A stretch of 64,000 nucleotides of DNA, from positions 2,640,282 through 2,704,281 of the forward strand of contig MU054400.1 of NCBI GenBank assembly GCA_013239625.1, read 5' to 3'. A model generated the notes under the pieces. It was not told the DNA's origin. It ran no database searches and was given only the letters and a program-made list of their open reading frames with translations. A program made the translations under genes and the position numbers. Origin of the DNA: Lama guanicoe. Taxonomy: Eukaryota. Below, piece after piece: positions 24,851 through 38,779 of this stretch (its first letter is position 1; every line of letters starts with the position of its first letter).

Positions 24851-25574
24851 AATGAGTGTGATAAAAAAGCAGAAATAGGGTATTTAGATCAGACATGAAG
24901 GCAGATCCTGGTACATTTATTGAGGGAAAATATGGCTCATTTTGGGTTTTCCAGACAATTTCTGAGCTCTGCTCAAAAACAAGTACATGGAAAAGTCTTT
25001 TTATAGCTTCTGAAAGTTTGCAAACCCCTGTTAAGGCTCCTCTTGGAATAAAGTTTTGCAAATACTTGGGATGTTCAAAGTGTAAATGTTTATAATGTTA
25101 AAATACTTTTCTAATTAACCATTTTATGAGATGTCTTTACTTTCATGCTCAACTTTTCCACTTATTTTTTAATGCCTTAAGTAACTCTTCTATTTGACTT
25201 TCCTCTGAAAGCATTGCTAGTAATACTGTCTCCAAAAGTGGGTTTTACTGAACATTGTAAGTATGAGGAGGTTATATTCTGGTCTGCTGGGTCCAGGAAG
25301 GAACGTGGGGCTCCTTCCACCCATGCTTGCAGCTTCCTGTTCTTCTAGGACAGAAACTTCCTGGTGACCCTGCTCCTGAGCATGGCTTGTCTCTTGGGAC
25401 TCTGGGTTCTACTCTGTTGGGGAGAGGGGTTGGGTGCTGCTCTCAAGATTGGAAACCACCCCACCTCTAAAGTAATCCTGCGTCAGTGCAGGAGTATTGT
25501 TTGAGCCTCAAATGTCTTGTGAGCTCTGGATACAGACTCTTGCTGGGCCGTAAACCCTGAAGAGCCCCCCAGCT

Positions 25575-25835
25575 TGTTGATTAAAGCTCACAGACTGTGG
25601 AGCCAAACTGCCTGGGTTGAATCTCAGCTTTTCTACTTGCTAGAAGGGTGACTTAGCAAATTACTCATCTTCTCTGTGCCTTGATTTTCTCACTTAAAAA
25701 AGAAGGATGGTGATTATTGTACCTACTTCAGGGAGCTGTGTTTAGAGGTTGAAATGAGATAATATGCATAATGCCCTTAGAAAAGTGTCTGGCACATAGT
25801 AAGTGCTTAATTAATGTTATCAATTATTGTTGTTA
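25575..25835 (+). mobile_element. Near full-length MIR
   Basis: 'ggagccaaactgcctgggttgaatctcagc...tctctgtgccttgattttctca...tctggcacatagtaagtgcttaattaatgtt'. Confidence 0.85.
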
Positions 25836-27889
25836 AAGGCTGACTATATGGGGATCTTTGTTCCTGCATAGTTCTTTTAACTGAGCCTGTTTCATCCATT
25901 AATACTCATGTTTTGGCAAATAGCATCCAGTCCTTGTTAGTCTGCTCACTTCACTTGTCTCTTATCTGAACTGGTTGTTTAGCCTACCTTCATTTGGGTT
26001 CCTTACCCTGCTGTGGACTGATAACTTTGCTTGACTGGCTTTCTTGCCCATGATCTTGAATGATCTTTCTGGGCTATGACTCTATCTATGTATTGCTCTT
26101 CCATACTCTCCCTCGCCCTCTGGGGCCACCAGCACATGAGACCTTCCTTAATTAGTGATGAGTGATGATACAGGACCCTTGTCCTCTGCCCTATGAGTGA
26201 GCTTTTCGTCAATTCCTTAATCTTTAGTATTGAACTGAAATAAAATGAGAGTGGCAGCATGTGTCAGGGTGGGAAATGACATGGCCTTATCTAGAAGAGG
26301 ACATCCAGCCATCCAGATGACTATCCCAAGGAGGGAAGGGAACTAGGTTTGTTTTCAACATAGCTCCTTGTGGTCTCTGCTTCCTTCTCTCTTTCCAAAT
26401 CTCCATCTGCCTTACTGTTGATAGTATCTGAGAGATGGCCTTGTTCAGGGCTGACCCAGTGGATTCTTACACCTAATTGGAACCAGACACTGGTGTGAAT
26501 TCTTTGCCCTTGGTTGAGCATATGGCAAATTACCCCATAGTCATGGGGACAGTGTTGCTGTAATCCAGAAAATAATCAGCCATTTCCTGGTGCACTGGAG
26601 GATACTTTGTCTCATCTTCTCCCAGGAAGTTACTCAGTCCTTTGCTGTTGAGATGGTCTTTATTGTTTTCAGTTACCTATAAGCATCCTCATTCTGTCCT
26701 GTGTTTCCATGGAAAACTTCACATTTTTCCTGGAGAATAACCCTCAACCGATCATTTTGGTTGTCAGTGGCTGGGATGAAGCATTGCTGGTGATAAACTA
26801 ACACAGTTTAATCTCCCACAAAATTTTTCATGTGGCATTTACTACGTGTTGGGATTTACAGAACAGTGGGCTGCTCTTCCATAAATGTGATAACACTGTG
26901 CTGTGGACCCCCTGTGAATGAAGGATTGCTGAGGCTTCTGAGTTTTCTCAGAAATGTCACTGCTTAATCCATACTTCTGGTCAGAATGTATGAGAATAAG
27001 GAGAGGCGTTTCATTCACCTCAGGCTCCACACAACATGTTCAGATGATAAATTCCTGGTTAATTTTCTCACCCTGGCTCCGTGAAAACTCTTAGCTCAAA
27101 GCTGCCACAGTTCTTTTAAAAATTCCCTGAAAATCCTGGAAGCCAGGAAAGATTTATTTTCAAGCAAGAATTTTGGTGTCTGTATGGCTGAGTCCTTTAT
27201 TTAATTATAATAACACATTGTTTAAATTAAATTTCCTTGGGAAAAAAATAAGGGTTTAAATAAAGGGGGAAATACATGTCCAACTAGGCAAAGTTTTGAG
27301 AGACGGAAAACTTTATTTTTCAAAGAAAAAAAAAAGGCAACCAAAAAACCCCACTAAAGCCTTTGTGAAACCCTCCTCCCCACTGGTCAGCTTGCTAATA
27401 CCAAGTAAACTTCATCTAAGAGCATTTCTTTACCCTTCACCTGAGTTAGGATTAGGAGAGAAGTATTTTTATAAAGCCAAGCCAGGCCTCAAATCAGGGT
27501 CCTACAGGGCTCTAATGAGGCCTTTTAGACACGTTAGAGTTGAGTGTTTAATGTGATAACCAGCGGGTGTCAGTTTCCTTACTTTAAAAATGTCAGGTAA
27601 AGCTGCATATATTATACGTATTACAGTCCGGGTGAGAATTTGTAGCAGTTAGCTGTAACCCATCAAAGGGTGGACAAAACAGACTAGAATTCAAACAGTG
27701 GTTATAAGTACACCTTGTTAGCTCAGTTCTGTCTCCGCCCCTATTCTCTTTCTCTTTCCTCCCTCCCTCTTTCCCTCCCTCCCTTCCCTCCTTCCACCTT
27801 TCCATGTTGGAAGTCTTCCTCAGAATGGGAGGGGTTGGTAGACTTGCTAGTTGATTCAAGGAATAAAAGAAGAGAAAAAAAAACCTTTT

Positions 27890-28940
27890 TTTTTATTACT
27901 TTCAGAATACTCCTGACACCAAATGTGTGGGTTTTTCTACACCAAGTAATTCTCCAGTTCTCTGTGGACGCTGACTGGGTGTCCCACCGTTTAACTCAAT
28001 TTTTTTTTTTAGGTGTTTACAAAATTTTTATTTCAACATTGTCTCATGGATTAGGTATTCTTTTAATTGTTCAAATAATTTGATGACTTTTAAACTGCTT
28101 GAAAGTATTTATATATTGCCCTAAACTCTCAATTTATTGAGAATCTCAACATCTTCCTAACTTCTTCAGTTTAGATTCATTCTCAATTAAGCTTATAATC
28201 ATTGAAAACAGGAACTTTATCTTTATTCATTTTATATCCTCAGTAGAAATTACTCTAATCTCTTAACTCAGTTCTGACACTAACTGCCCAGAGTGCAGAC
28301 CCCACTTCAGATGCCAATTGCAAATCCCAAGTTGTCACTTGGACTTCTGACCAGCCAGTTCTAAGGTGGGGGTTCCCACAACCCTCCTCTCAGGTACGAT
28401 AATTTGCTAGAACTGCTCACAAAACTCGGGTACATTTATGTACATGTGTTATAAAGGGTGTTTCAGATGAAGAAATGCACAGGACAAGAGTTGGAAAGGG
28501 GCACAGAGCTTCCATCTCCTTCCAGCAACTCCATTTGTTCACCGACCTAGAAACTCTCTGAACCCTTTATTTGGAGATTTTTTAAAATGGAGACTTCATC
28601 ATAGAAACATGAATGATTACTAACCCAATCTCTAGCCCCTCTCTCCTTCTAAGAGGGTGGGAGGGGTAGGGTTTAAAGTTCCAAGCTTCTAATCATGTTT
28701 GGTCTTTCTGGTGATCAGTTCCCCATTTGAGTCACCAAGAGTCACCCCACTAGAACAAAAAGCAGTCCTATCACCCAGGAAATTACGAGGGCTCTGTGTC
28801 AGAAACCACGGTCAAAGACTAACTATTAGAACAAAGGAAGCTCCTAGTACCCTTATCACTCAGGGAATTACAAGGGTTTGGGGAGCTCTGTCTCAGGTAC
28901 GGGGGCAGAAACCAAATAAGTATTTCTTACTCTGCTGCAG
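27890..28940 (-). mobile_element. MER21-like solo LTR, interrupted at 28002-28262
   Basis: 'ctgacaccaaatgtgtggg...cacttcagatgccaattgc...ggttcccacaacc...ggggcagaaaccaaata'. Confidence 0.75.
28002..28262 (-). mobile_element. Short retroposed non-L1 fragment (orphan transduction or processed 3'UTR)
   Basis: Poly(T) at 28002-28010; TTTATT at 28027-28032; 11-bp TSD TTAACTCA(A/G)TT at 27991-28001 and 28263-28273. Confidence 0.7.
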
Positions 28941-29069
28941 GGAGACTGAAGGCTAACATTATTTTAACAATTCTCTTTGCCCCAGATAAACTCCAAGGCA
29001 GGGCAACATGTGTCACAATCACCTTTGAAACTCGGGCCAATCCTAGGCTTGATTGGATTCTTCAAAAAA

Positions 29070-29390
29070 GAAGCAGACTCACTGACATAGTGAACAAACT
29101 AGTGGTTACCAGTGGGAAGAGGGGAAGGGCAACGTAGGGATAGGGGAGAAAGAGGTACAAACTGTCAGGTATAAAGGATATAATGTAATATATATATTAT
29201 TATTATATTATATATATATAATTATGTATAATATAAGCCACAAGGATATATTGTACAACATGGGGAATATGACCAGTATTTTATAATATCTATAAATGAT
29301 AGTATAACCTTTAAAAATTGTGAATCACTATATTGTACACTTGTAATTTAAATAATATTGTACAACAACTATACTTCAATTTAAAAAATA
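29070..29390 (+). mobile_element. L1 3' end
   Basis: 'cagactcactgacatagtgaacaaactagtggttaccagtggg...caactatacttcaatttaaaaa'. Confidence 0.85.
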
Positions 29391-30489
29391 CTTTGCTGTA
29401 GGGTTTTAACATTTTATCCATACCTGTTAAACATGAAATGTTTACAAATTTCCGGAAAGCCAGCAGTCTAGGATAAATAGAAGGCACTAAGGCAATTTCA
29501 AAATGGTAACAATCCTTATTACCCTTCGAGAGGCCAGATGGAGCAAATTTGTTCTGAAGTTTGTCTCACTGAATTTTGTTTTGTTTATTTTATTTATTTA
29601 CTATTTTTGGTGTATGTCTCTCTGCACTTTTAGACAGCAGCTCTCCTGGAAGGCAAGATAGCAGCAGACTGTTTATTGTAGATCTCGGCTTAAGGTGCAG
29701 ATGTTTTGGCCTAGTTAATAATCAACCCTTCTTTAACCTATTTTTAATTTTAGTTCAAGAAGTAATAGGAAAATATAGCAACTTTTTGCATGTGCTCTTG
29801 GGAGAGGGGCGCATTTGATCGTAGGTGATTTCTGGTTAAGTTCTAGGCCAGCTTTAAGATGTTTCCAGGAGAATGTCCTTGTTCCCCTTTCCATCATCAC
29901 CATCTGTCTTGACTTTCACCATTTCTTCTCTCATTCCCTTGATTCCTTTCCCTGGTGTGGACCCTGCTTGAGTCTGAGCTGTGCTTTTCTGCTGTTGTCT
30001 ACGTCTTCCCCTTGAGTGTCTGGTCTCACAATGGTGATGCCTTACGTGTCCTCCTGCTTGGCTACCCTGCTGCAGCCCTGAGAACTTCGAGCTCAGCACT
30101 AACCCAACCTTCAGGTCAAGCGATTTCCACCTTCCAAAGTGAGAATCACTTGTTCTGATTCCTGGAAATGCACGTTAATAGACACCACGTGCAAGGAGAT
30201 GGGCCTGTGGACGGGACCCTGGGCCTACCATCTGGACCCCAGGTTCAACCAGAGCAGTTCCCCTGCCCACACGTGTGTCTGAGCAGGCAGGAGGCAGGAC
30301 AGGCCAGGGCAGAGGCTTGGGGGCAGGGGCAGGTTTCTGCCACTGGCTAGTGTGCCCTTAGCTACTTCTGGTAGGTGGGGCCACATAAAGCCCGTTGAAC
30401 CAGGTAACCACATGCACTGCCTCAAGTCTGACTCCTGATTATTATATGTGGTTGCCTAGATGTGACTGAAAGAATGATGGTGATGATAA

Positions 30490-30735
30490 AAATAACAACA
30501 AATACTCAGTACTGAAGGGACAGGGATTGTGCTGAGCACGTATAAACATCATCTCTTTTAATCTCTATAACAGTCCTATCAGAGAGGGACTTCTGTTATT
30601 CTCGTTTATATTTGAGAACTAAGGTTCAGAGAAGTTAAATAACTTGTCCAAGATCATACAGCTAGAAAGAGTTAGAGCCGGGTTTCAAACCAGTTTGGTT
30701 TGAGTTTTGAGCTGCTCTTAATTAACTCTGCTATG
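30490..30735 (-). mobile_element. MIR
   Basis: 'aactaaggttcagagaagttaaataacttgtccaagatcatacagctag'. Confidence 0.75.
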
Positions 30736-30779
30736 TTAAGTTAAACCAAATAATGTCCAGGTGCTGGGGGTATGAGTCT

Positions 30780-31030
30780 GTGCATGTACTTGTGTTGTGT
30801 GTGTGTATGTGCATGTGTGTGTCTTTGTGTTAATGTCTGTGTATAGATATGTATATGCATTGCTTGCGTATGCAAGTGTGTCTTTGCATATGTGTGTATG
30901 TTTGTGTGCTGCATCTGTATACATATATGCATTTGTGTGTACATCTGTACATACATATTTATTTGTCAACATATGTGTTTTTGTGTGAACATATGTGTGT
31001 ATGTATGAATGTGTATACGTAAGTGTATGC
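30780..31030. repeat. Degenerate (TG)/(TA) low-complexity repeat
   Basis: Alternating purine-pyrimidine run. Confidence 0.85.
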
Positions 31031-31093
31031 CTGTGATTATATAGCACCGTGAAAATACAGCTGAGAAAGAACCTTGCTGAACAGTAAAGCTTG

Positions 31094-31735
31094 GCTATTG
31101 TAAATAGTGCTGCTATGAATATTGGGGTGCATGTATGTTTTTGAATTAGAGTTCCCCCTGGATGCATATCTAGGAGTGGGATTGCTGGATCATATGCTAA
31201 GTCTGTTTTTAGCCAAGACATGAAAACAACCTAAATATCTATCGACAGATGACTGGATAAAGTAGTTGTGGTATATTTATACAATGGAATGCTACTCAGC
31301 CATTAAAAAAGAATAAAATAATGCCATTTGCAGCAACATGGATGGACCTGGAGATTGTCATTCTAAGTGAAGTAAGCCAGAAAGAGAAAGAAAAATACCA
31401 CGTGATATCAATTATATGTGGAATCTAAAGAAAGACACAAATGAACTTATTTACAAAACAGAAACAGACTCACAGACATGGAAAGCAAACTTGTGGTTAC
31501 CAGAGGGGAAAGGGAGTGGGAAGGGATAAATTAGGAGTTTAAGATTTGCAGATACTGACTACTACATATAAAAGAGAGAAACAATAAGGTCCTACTGTAT
31601 AGTGCAGGGAACTATATTCAGTATCTTGTAGTAACCTATAATGAAAAGGAATATGTGTATGTATATGTATGACTGAATCACTATGCTATACATGACACAA
31701 CATTGTAAACTGACTGTAGTTCAATTAAAAAAAAT
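31094..31735 (+). mobile_element. Young L1 with 5' inversion (twin priming)
   Basis: About 31090-31210 antisense, 31211-31735 sense with poly(A); TSD TAAAGCTTG at 31085-31093 and 31736-31744. Confidence 0.85.
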
Positions 31736-32939
31736 TAAAGCTTGATGTTTAAATCATGTGCATGCATTTTCTATAGAAAACGGCTGTAGGACATACTAAA
31801 TCATAGTCCTGGTGAAATGGTTTGGGGTCTCGGAGTAGAGCCAGCAAGAGTGAGGCACCCTGGGTAGGAGCTGTGCCTACTCCAGCAGCCTGTGCACCAC
31901 CACCTCGTATGGTTCTGAATCCTGAGTGATTTGGCCACATTTTTCTAGGTTGGGCTGATTTTCTTATTTGGGAACATTATTCTTTTCTTGAGTCAATTCA
32001 AGTGAGTTATTTTAAGTTTGGAGTCTTCTCTTTTTTACATCAGTCACATGCACCCTTTTCTAGGACTGTCTCAGCCAGGCCTTAAGAAGTGATTAGAAAG
32101 TCATGTGAGGCCACAATAGGATGGAGACCTCATAATTCCACTGTCAGTTTAAGAAATGTCAAGTGGCAGAAACCTGAGGACACTCTTCATTTTTTTTAAG
32201 TCAGTAGAATGCATGGGTTCTTATGTGGCCTCGTGTGCATGTGTGTGGATCATGGGTTCTTCAACATTTCAGAAAAAATGGTTTATAAAAGTAAGACACC
32301 GTGCTGGGTGCTGGGGCCTGTATATCATTTAGGAAGCTCTTGGTTGCAGGTTATGAAATACTAGTTGGATACCAAGATTGGGAAGCCATGGGAGTGGTGG
32401 GCCTGGACAATGGTGAGTCTTTTATCACCAGCAAGGTTTAGAATTGCTGGTGCCTAGTGATAATAAAAAACAGAAGGACTTTTAGTTGGTTTTATTACTG
32501 TTTTAAAATTCTTTGTGGACCACACTTTCCCTTATGGCCTGAACCCGGGGCAGACTGGCCCTATTGTTCCCCCTACGTGGTACACCACTGCGGAACACCA
32601 GTTAAACTGTGAGGAAGGTTCATTTTCTAGTGAAATAAAGTCTGGGGTCAGATGGTTTCAGGGTTGCTCTGGCAGATAAATCATATCAACAAAAAATTCG
32701 AGATCTTTCTATTTGTCACCCCCCTTAACATTCTTGACGTTGATGGTAACATCATCAGGCTTTCCTCTCATGATGCAAGAGGCCGTTAAGTAGGGATACA
32801 ACAATGTCCAGCCCAAGAAGAGGCATGTTTCCTCCCAATGTCTTTTTAAATAGGGAGGACTGTTTTCCAGGGGGCTACTCCAGAAAACTTTCCCACAGGT
32901 CCTATTGGCCAGATTTGGGTCACATGGGTGTGAACTAGT

Positions 32940-33250
32940 TGGCAGACTACTATAGCTCATGGGTCAGATCCAGCCAGCCACCTGTTTTGGTTCATCCCAC
33001 AAGTTAAGAATGGTTTTTATATTTTTAAAATAGTTGAAAAAAGTCAAGAAAAATATTTCATCACATGAAAATTAAATACATTTCAAATGTCAGTGTCTGT
33101 AAATAATTCTTGGAAGACAGCCATGCCCAACTGATTATGCATTGACTAACGCTGCTTTCGCTGTGCAGTGGCTAAGACCACTCTATAGAGGATATTTACT
33201 ATTTATTGAAAATATTTACTATCTGGCCCTTTACAGAAAGAATTTGCTAA
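32940..33250. mobile_element. MER58B-like DNA transposon
   Basis: 'ggcagactactatagctcatgggtcagatcc...actatctggccctttacagaaagaatttgctaaccc'. Confidence 0.7.
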
Positions 33251-33388
33251 CCCCCAAACTAGCTGGAGAGATGGCTGGGAGTACCTGGCATGTTCAGGCT
33301 CCTTGGTGGGCTGCTTGGAGAGGTTTAGGTGACTTGGCTGAAGCCACTCAACAAGTGTCATGGATTCTGAGGACAAAGCTATTTGGTT

Positions 33389-33845
33389 TGTAAATATAAT
33401 AACATGATAGCTAGTTATTTTACCCACAAAAGTGAGCTTATTTGGGAATAGCAGAGGAATTGCAATTCAAGAAGTGCAAACTATGGTGGATCAGAGGCAA
33501 ATTCAGAGAACAAGGAAAGGAAACTTGCTTTTATAGGGAAAGGGGGGAGTTGGGTGGGGCTGTGATAACTAAAGAGCTCATTGGAGGAAGCTGGGCATCC
33601 AAAGTATAAAGACTTCTCATTGGTTGGGCTGCTACAGTCTCTGATTGGCTGAGCTGTCTGTCGAGAGGCAGAGGGAAGTTTTCTTCTTCTTGCTGGGTAG
33701 TAAAGTAAAGGCACCTTCATGTCAGAGATGTAGATTTTGTCTCTTCCTGTTTAGAGTTATTGACCAGTGCATGGTGGGGTGTGAGTGCTCCCCCTACAAG
33801 GCCTGTCCTGACTCTAGCTTTAGCTGAGGTTTCTTTAATTCCACA
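33389..33845 (-). mobile_element. ERV1 solo LTR (MER89/90-like)
   Basis: TG...CA ends; near-TSD GGTT/AGTT; minus-strand CCAAT boxes, TATAAAA and a poly(A)-signal-like AATAAG. Confidence 0.7.
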
Positions 33846-34989
33846 AGTTTCTTGCTTCTTCCCCTGTATTGTCCAGTAGAGAAACCTTGAACAATGACGT
33901 GTAATTGTTCTATGGAACAAAATGTGCAAAGCACAGAGTTTGGAAGTTACATGGAAGGGCAAAGAACATGAAAAAAGTGCAGCTGGAAAAAGATGCTGAA
34001 GAACATTAGGCTAGGGCCAGATTGTGGAGGGCCTTGAATGCTGAGCTAAAAAGAACTTTATTCTGTTGAAATGGAAGGCTGTTTTTGAGAAAGAGAGGAG
34101 CTGCTCTGAGATTGTAACTCTGATGAGGATGTGACACATGGGATAAATATCTGATGACAGGGATAATCTTCAACAGAGGTTAGCTCTTTCATCTAATACC
34201 AGCATTATAAAGGGATCCCGCCGATCTTGGTATAGAGCCCAGAGAGGTACAATGTGATGAAATGGGCTTGAAGGTGTGTTTTAGTTTGGCGTCATTGAGA
34301 TTTTTTTTTTAAGGGAGTAAGCCATTAAAAATTAGAACACTACATGTAACAATATGATTTCTAGCTTCTCTCAAATAGGTAGGAACATCTGGCAACTGGT
34401 TTCACATTTCTACATGACAAAAATTGGAGGGGGTTGAGTTGTGACTGATGTTTTTAGATTCTCCATAGTTTTTACCATTGCTTATTATTTTCTTGACTTG
34501 GAGGTCAGGTGTGAGTTGTTATTTATCATGACTATATCAGTTGAGGTAATGCTGAATGCTATAAGAAATGAACCCTGACATTCCAGTGCCTCAGTAATAC
34601 CCAGAAGTATATCATATTACCCATGTAACAATCTAGTGTGGGTGTCTCTGAAAGTGGATTGCCTTTCTCCCACGTTCAGGGACTCAGACTCCTCCCACCT
34701 CATGGCTCAGCCATCAAAGCCTTGGAATCCTGTGCATGCAACTGGTGGATGGGGAAAGAAGGTGGTGAAGGGTCAGCTTTTTCATTACCTTGGTTCAGAA
34801 GTAACATACAATAATAAATATTTGTGGCAGATGGTTGGTTGACCCCTGACCTGTGGCTAATTCATTGCTTTAGAACAATTTAATGAATTTCTACTAGTGT
34901 TTTATTTAGTGTCTGGTCATTATATCTATATAGTAACCACTTCAACTTTTCCATCAGCTTCTTCTTGTTTTAGATAGTGGACTTTACTT

Positions 34990-35530
34990 TTTGTTACCTT
35001 TGTTGTGTAACAGATGACTTCAAAGCCTCATGGTATTAAAACATCCAGTCATTTTATTATGTTCATGGATTCTGTGGGTCAGGAATTTGGCTAAGTGTAA
35101 CAGAGATGACTTGACTCTGCTTCTCTGTGACTGGGGACTCAGCTGGGAATATTTGAGAGATCTCTGGGGACCTTCTCAAATGTCTGGAAGATGGAGTCAT
35201 CTGATGGTTCCTTCACTCACATATGTGGAACCTGGGCTATTTGGGACTGTCAGCTGGGGTTCTACACATTGCTTCCTCATGTGGTTTGAGCTTCCACACA
35301 GCATGGAAGCCTCAGGATAGTCTGAATCTCACATGGTTTTTTAGCAAACAAGGCAGAAAACTTCTTAACCTTTTAGGACTTAGGCTTGTAAGTCACGTGG
35401 CCTCACTTCTATAGTACACTATTTGTCAATAGTCGTCAGCCAATCATGACTTAAGGGGAGGGGACATAGACCCCCACATCTGGATAGGAAGAATGTCAGA
35501 AAACTTAAGGCCATATTTTAAAACTGATAC
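34990..35530 (-). mobile_element. MLT1F/H-like LTR
   Basis: 'ggattctgtgggtcaggaatttgg...ttccacacagcatgg...aaggggaggggacatagacccc'. Confidence 0.7.
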
Positions 35531-36929
35531 AGACTGGCACATTAATTGACATCCCTGTGCACATAACATAAAACAGGCCATTCAGCTAAAGGAGTAAATT
35601 TTCGTCAAAAGCTCAAAATATCTCTAATTTGATTTCTATAATCACTTCTCACCAGTCTTGGGAAGTAAAATGAATGATGACAATTCTAATTGCTCAAAAC
35701 TGTGAGATATGCTACACATCCCATTAAAATAGATTTTAATCCGTAAAAATCTAGATTTGTTATTTTGAATTTTTATATAATTGTCTTTGAGTCAATATAG
35801 AATCCTTTTTAGTCTGACATGTAGCTTCTCTATGCTCTCAAAACGTGTCTAACACTTCAAACACTTCTTAGTGCAGACCAACCAGTCCATCTTAAACAGG
35901 ATTCATAATTCTGGGTTCATGTGGGTCTAGATCAGGGTCTTCAGCTCAAGTCTGCAGATAAAATTTAAGGTGTCCATGATCACAGATGGGACCAATTACA
36001 TGTTTATTTTCACTAACCTCTAACTGCAACACAGAATTTTTCTCAATTATGAATGTAGGCAACAAACCTCATTGATATTAGCAGTAATGTTTTGCAAAAC
36101 TAGACAGTCCAAATGTAAATTCACAGCCCTCTGTAAGGTGGTACATCTGTCCTTCCTGGAATTCCGGAGGTGGCCGTGAGGGAGGATTCAGGTGGGGCTG
36201 ACAGAGGAGGAACAGTAGTATGGGCACAGGAACTTGAGAGAGTGGTACAAGCCCAGGTAACACTTTTGTTTGGAAGTTTAGGGTTCTACTCTTCGGGCTG
36301 AGCCATGTTATAGAAAGGCAGAGGCTTTACAAAATTATTATTTTGAAGGGAGGTGATATGTGCACATTGTACAAAATCTAAAAGATACAAAAGGAATTCA
36401 GTGAAAGCTATTCATCTTATGCCTGTCCACCAGTCTCCCACCTTCCTTCCCTAGTGACAGCAACTGCTATCATATTTCTGGGTATAACTCCTCATCTATT
36501 GAATCTGGGTATAATTCCTCATCTTTGAATTTGTGTACACAGACTATGCACACACCACACCTGCATTATGGTGAGAGCCTCCTATTGTTCCAATATCATG
36601 AAAACAATGCATTATATTACAAAATTCAAATTACTTGACAAGACATTGATTTCAGAATAAAAGTTTCTCTCATGTTTCTCCATGAAGAACATTCTTTAAA
36701 CTATTGATTTTTTAGTGTTTCTGATGCACAGCTTCATACTTTGAATAAAATGCATATACCTCTATTTCTTCACTTATCAACTTTAGATAGGATCTAGTAT
36801 TTTCTATTATGAAATGTTTCAGCTAAATCGACCTAAATTAACAAATGTAAGTCCTACCTTCCCAGTTTTTAAATTAGTTATTCCTTTTAATTCTTCTTTT
36901 GGTTATATGTATGACTTTAACAGCCATTT

Positions 36930-37015
36930 AAAAAAATTATAGTTGATACATATGTATACATATGAATGTACATGTACAATGTTGTGTTCGTTTCTGGTGT
37001 ACAGCATAGTGATTC

Positions 37016-37046
<31 letters not shown>

Positions 37047-37822
37047 CTTTTTCATATTTTTCTCCATCATAGGTTATTACAAGATATTGACTATAGCTCC
37101 CTGTGCTATTTATCTATTTTATATATAGTACTTTGTATCTGCTAATCCCAAACTTCTAATATATCCTTCTCCCTCTTTCCCCTTTGGTAGCCATAAGTTT
37201 ATTTTCTATATCTATGAGTCTGTTTCTGTTTTGTAAATGAGTTCATTTGTACTATTTTTTTAGACTCTAGATATGAGTGATATTACACAATATGTCTTTC
37301 TTTGACTGACTTCACTTAGTATGATAATCTCTTTCTATATGTATATCTTCTTTATCCATTCATCTGTTGTGGACATTTAGGTTGCTTCTGTGTCTTGGCT
37401 ATTGTAAATAATGCTGCTGTGAACATTTGGGGTGTTCTTTCTGAATTGGAGTTTTCTCTGGATATATGCCCAGGAGTAGGATTGCTGGGTCATAGGATAA
37501 TTCTATTTTTAGTTTTTTTAAAGGAATCTGCATACTGTTTTCCATAGTGTAACATTACTTTTTTTTAAACATTTTTTTATTGATTTATAATCATTTTACA
37601 ATGTTGTATCAAATTCCAGTGTAGAGCACAATTTTTCAATTATACATGAACATATATATATTTATTGTCACACTTTTTTCTCTGTGGGCTACCATAAGAT
37701 CTTGTATATATTTCCCTGTGCTATATAGTATAATTTTGTTCATCTATTCTACAATTTTGAAATCCCAGTCTATCCCTTCCCACCCTCCGCCCCCTTGGCA
37801 ACCACAAGTTTGTATTCTATGC
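36930..37822 (-). mobile_element. Two adjacent L1 3' ends (older 36930-37550; younger camelid-type 37558-37822)
   Basis: L1 3'UTR text with (TA)n; the second copy closely resembles those at about 52400 and 57525 and is flanked by AACATTA. Confidence 0.8.
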
Positions 37823-38089
37823 AACATTAATTTTATAATGTCAATATTAATAACATTTGTTTTCTGTTCCACAAATATGATTCATTATTCCATGCATTGT
37901 CCATATGTTCATTCTTAATGTTAAAAATAATCAAAATTTATGATATTTTGTTATGTAAATATTATTCATTGCTAGACTAATTATTGTGATTGGACACTGA
38001 GAGAAGGAAATATAACCTAACCTGTTGTCACTATAAGCAATATTAATAATAACATTAGTACATATGGAACACTACCAAATCCACCTTAC

Positions 38090-38563
38090 TTATTTATTTT
38101 TAAAATTTGTTTTAGCTGAAGTTTAATTGACTTATAACATTGCGTGAGTTTAAGGTATACAATATGTTAATTTGATACATTTATAATGTTGCAATATGAT
38201 TACCATTGTAGCCTTAGCTAACATCTCATCACATCACATAATTATGATTTCTTTTTTGTGGTAGGAACAATTAAGATCGAGTTTCTTAGCAACTGTGAAC
38301 TTTATAATACAGTATTGTTGGCTATAATCACTATGCTGTGCATTGGATCTCCAGAACTTATTTATCTGCTAGTTGCAGTTTGGTACCCTTAAACAACACT
38401 TCCCCAATTTCTCTATCCCCAGCCTCTGGTAACCCCCATTCTACTCTGTTTTTATGAGTTAGGCTTTTTAGATCCCAGTTAGAAGTGATAGCCTACAGTG
38501 TTTGTGAGATAATTCAGACAGAAAAGGACAAATCCTATAGGATATCACTTTTATGTGGAGTCT
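38090..38563 (-). mobile_element. L1MA-like 3' end with short inverted segment, inserted in a MIR
   Basis: Antisense 3'UTR to about 38505, then sense 'cagacagaaaaggacaaatcctataggatatcacttttatgtggagtcta'; MIR resumes at about 38565. Confidence 0.65.
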
Positions 38564-38779
38564 ACCAATCCCACTCTGAAGATGAGGATGCAGAGGCCCA
38601 AGGGATTAGAAACTTTGCCCAAAGTTCACATAGTAATAAGTAGAGCAGAGTGAACAGAATTTGAAACCAGGCAGTAAGATTCTAGAGCCCATGATCTTAA
38701 CTGCTATAGTGTTCTGCCCCTGTAAGCAACAAAGTCGAATGGATTCTCTTGCCTTAAACTCCTTCAATTTCCTGTCTCC

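Noticed and set aside
30736..31221. Longest ORF in the track (161 aa, H/T/Y-rich)
   Set aside because: Translation of an L1 ORF2 C-terminal fragment running into a (TG/TA) low-complexity repeat.
36477..36530. Tandem duplication of about 27 bp
   Set aside because: Simple local duplication within an old L1 fragment.
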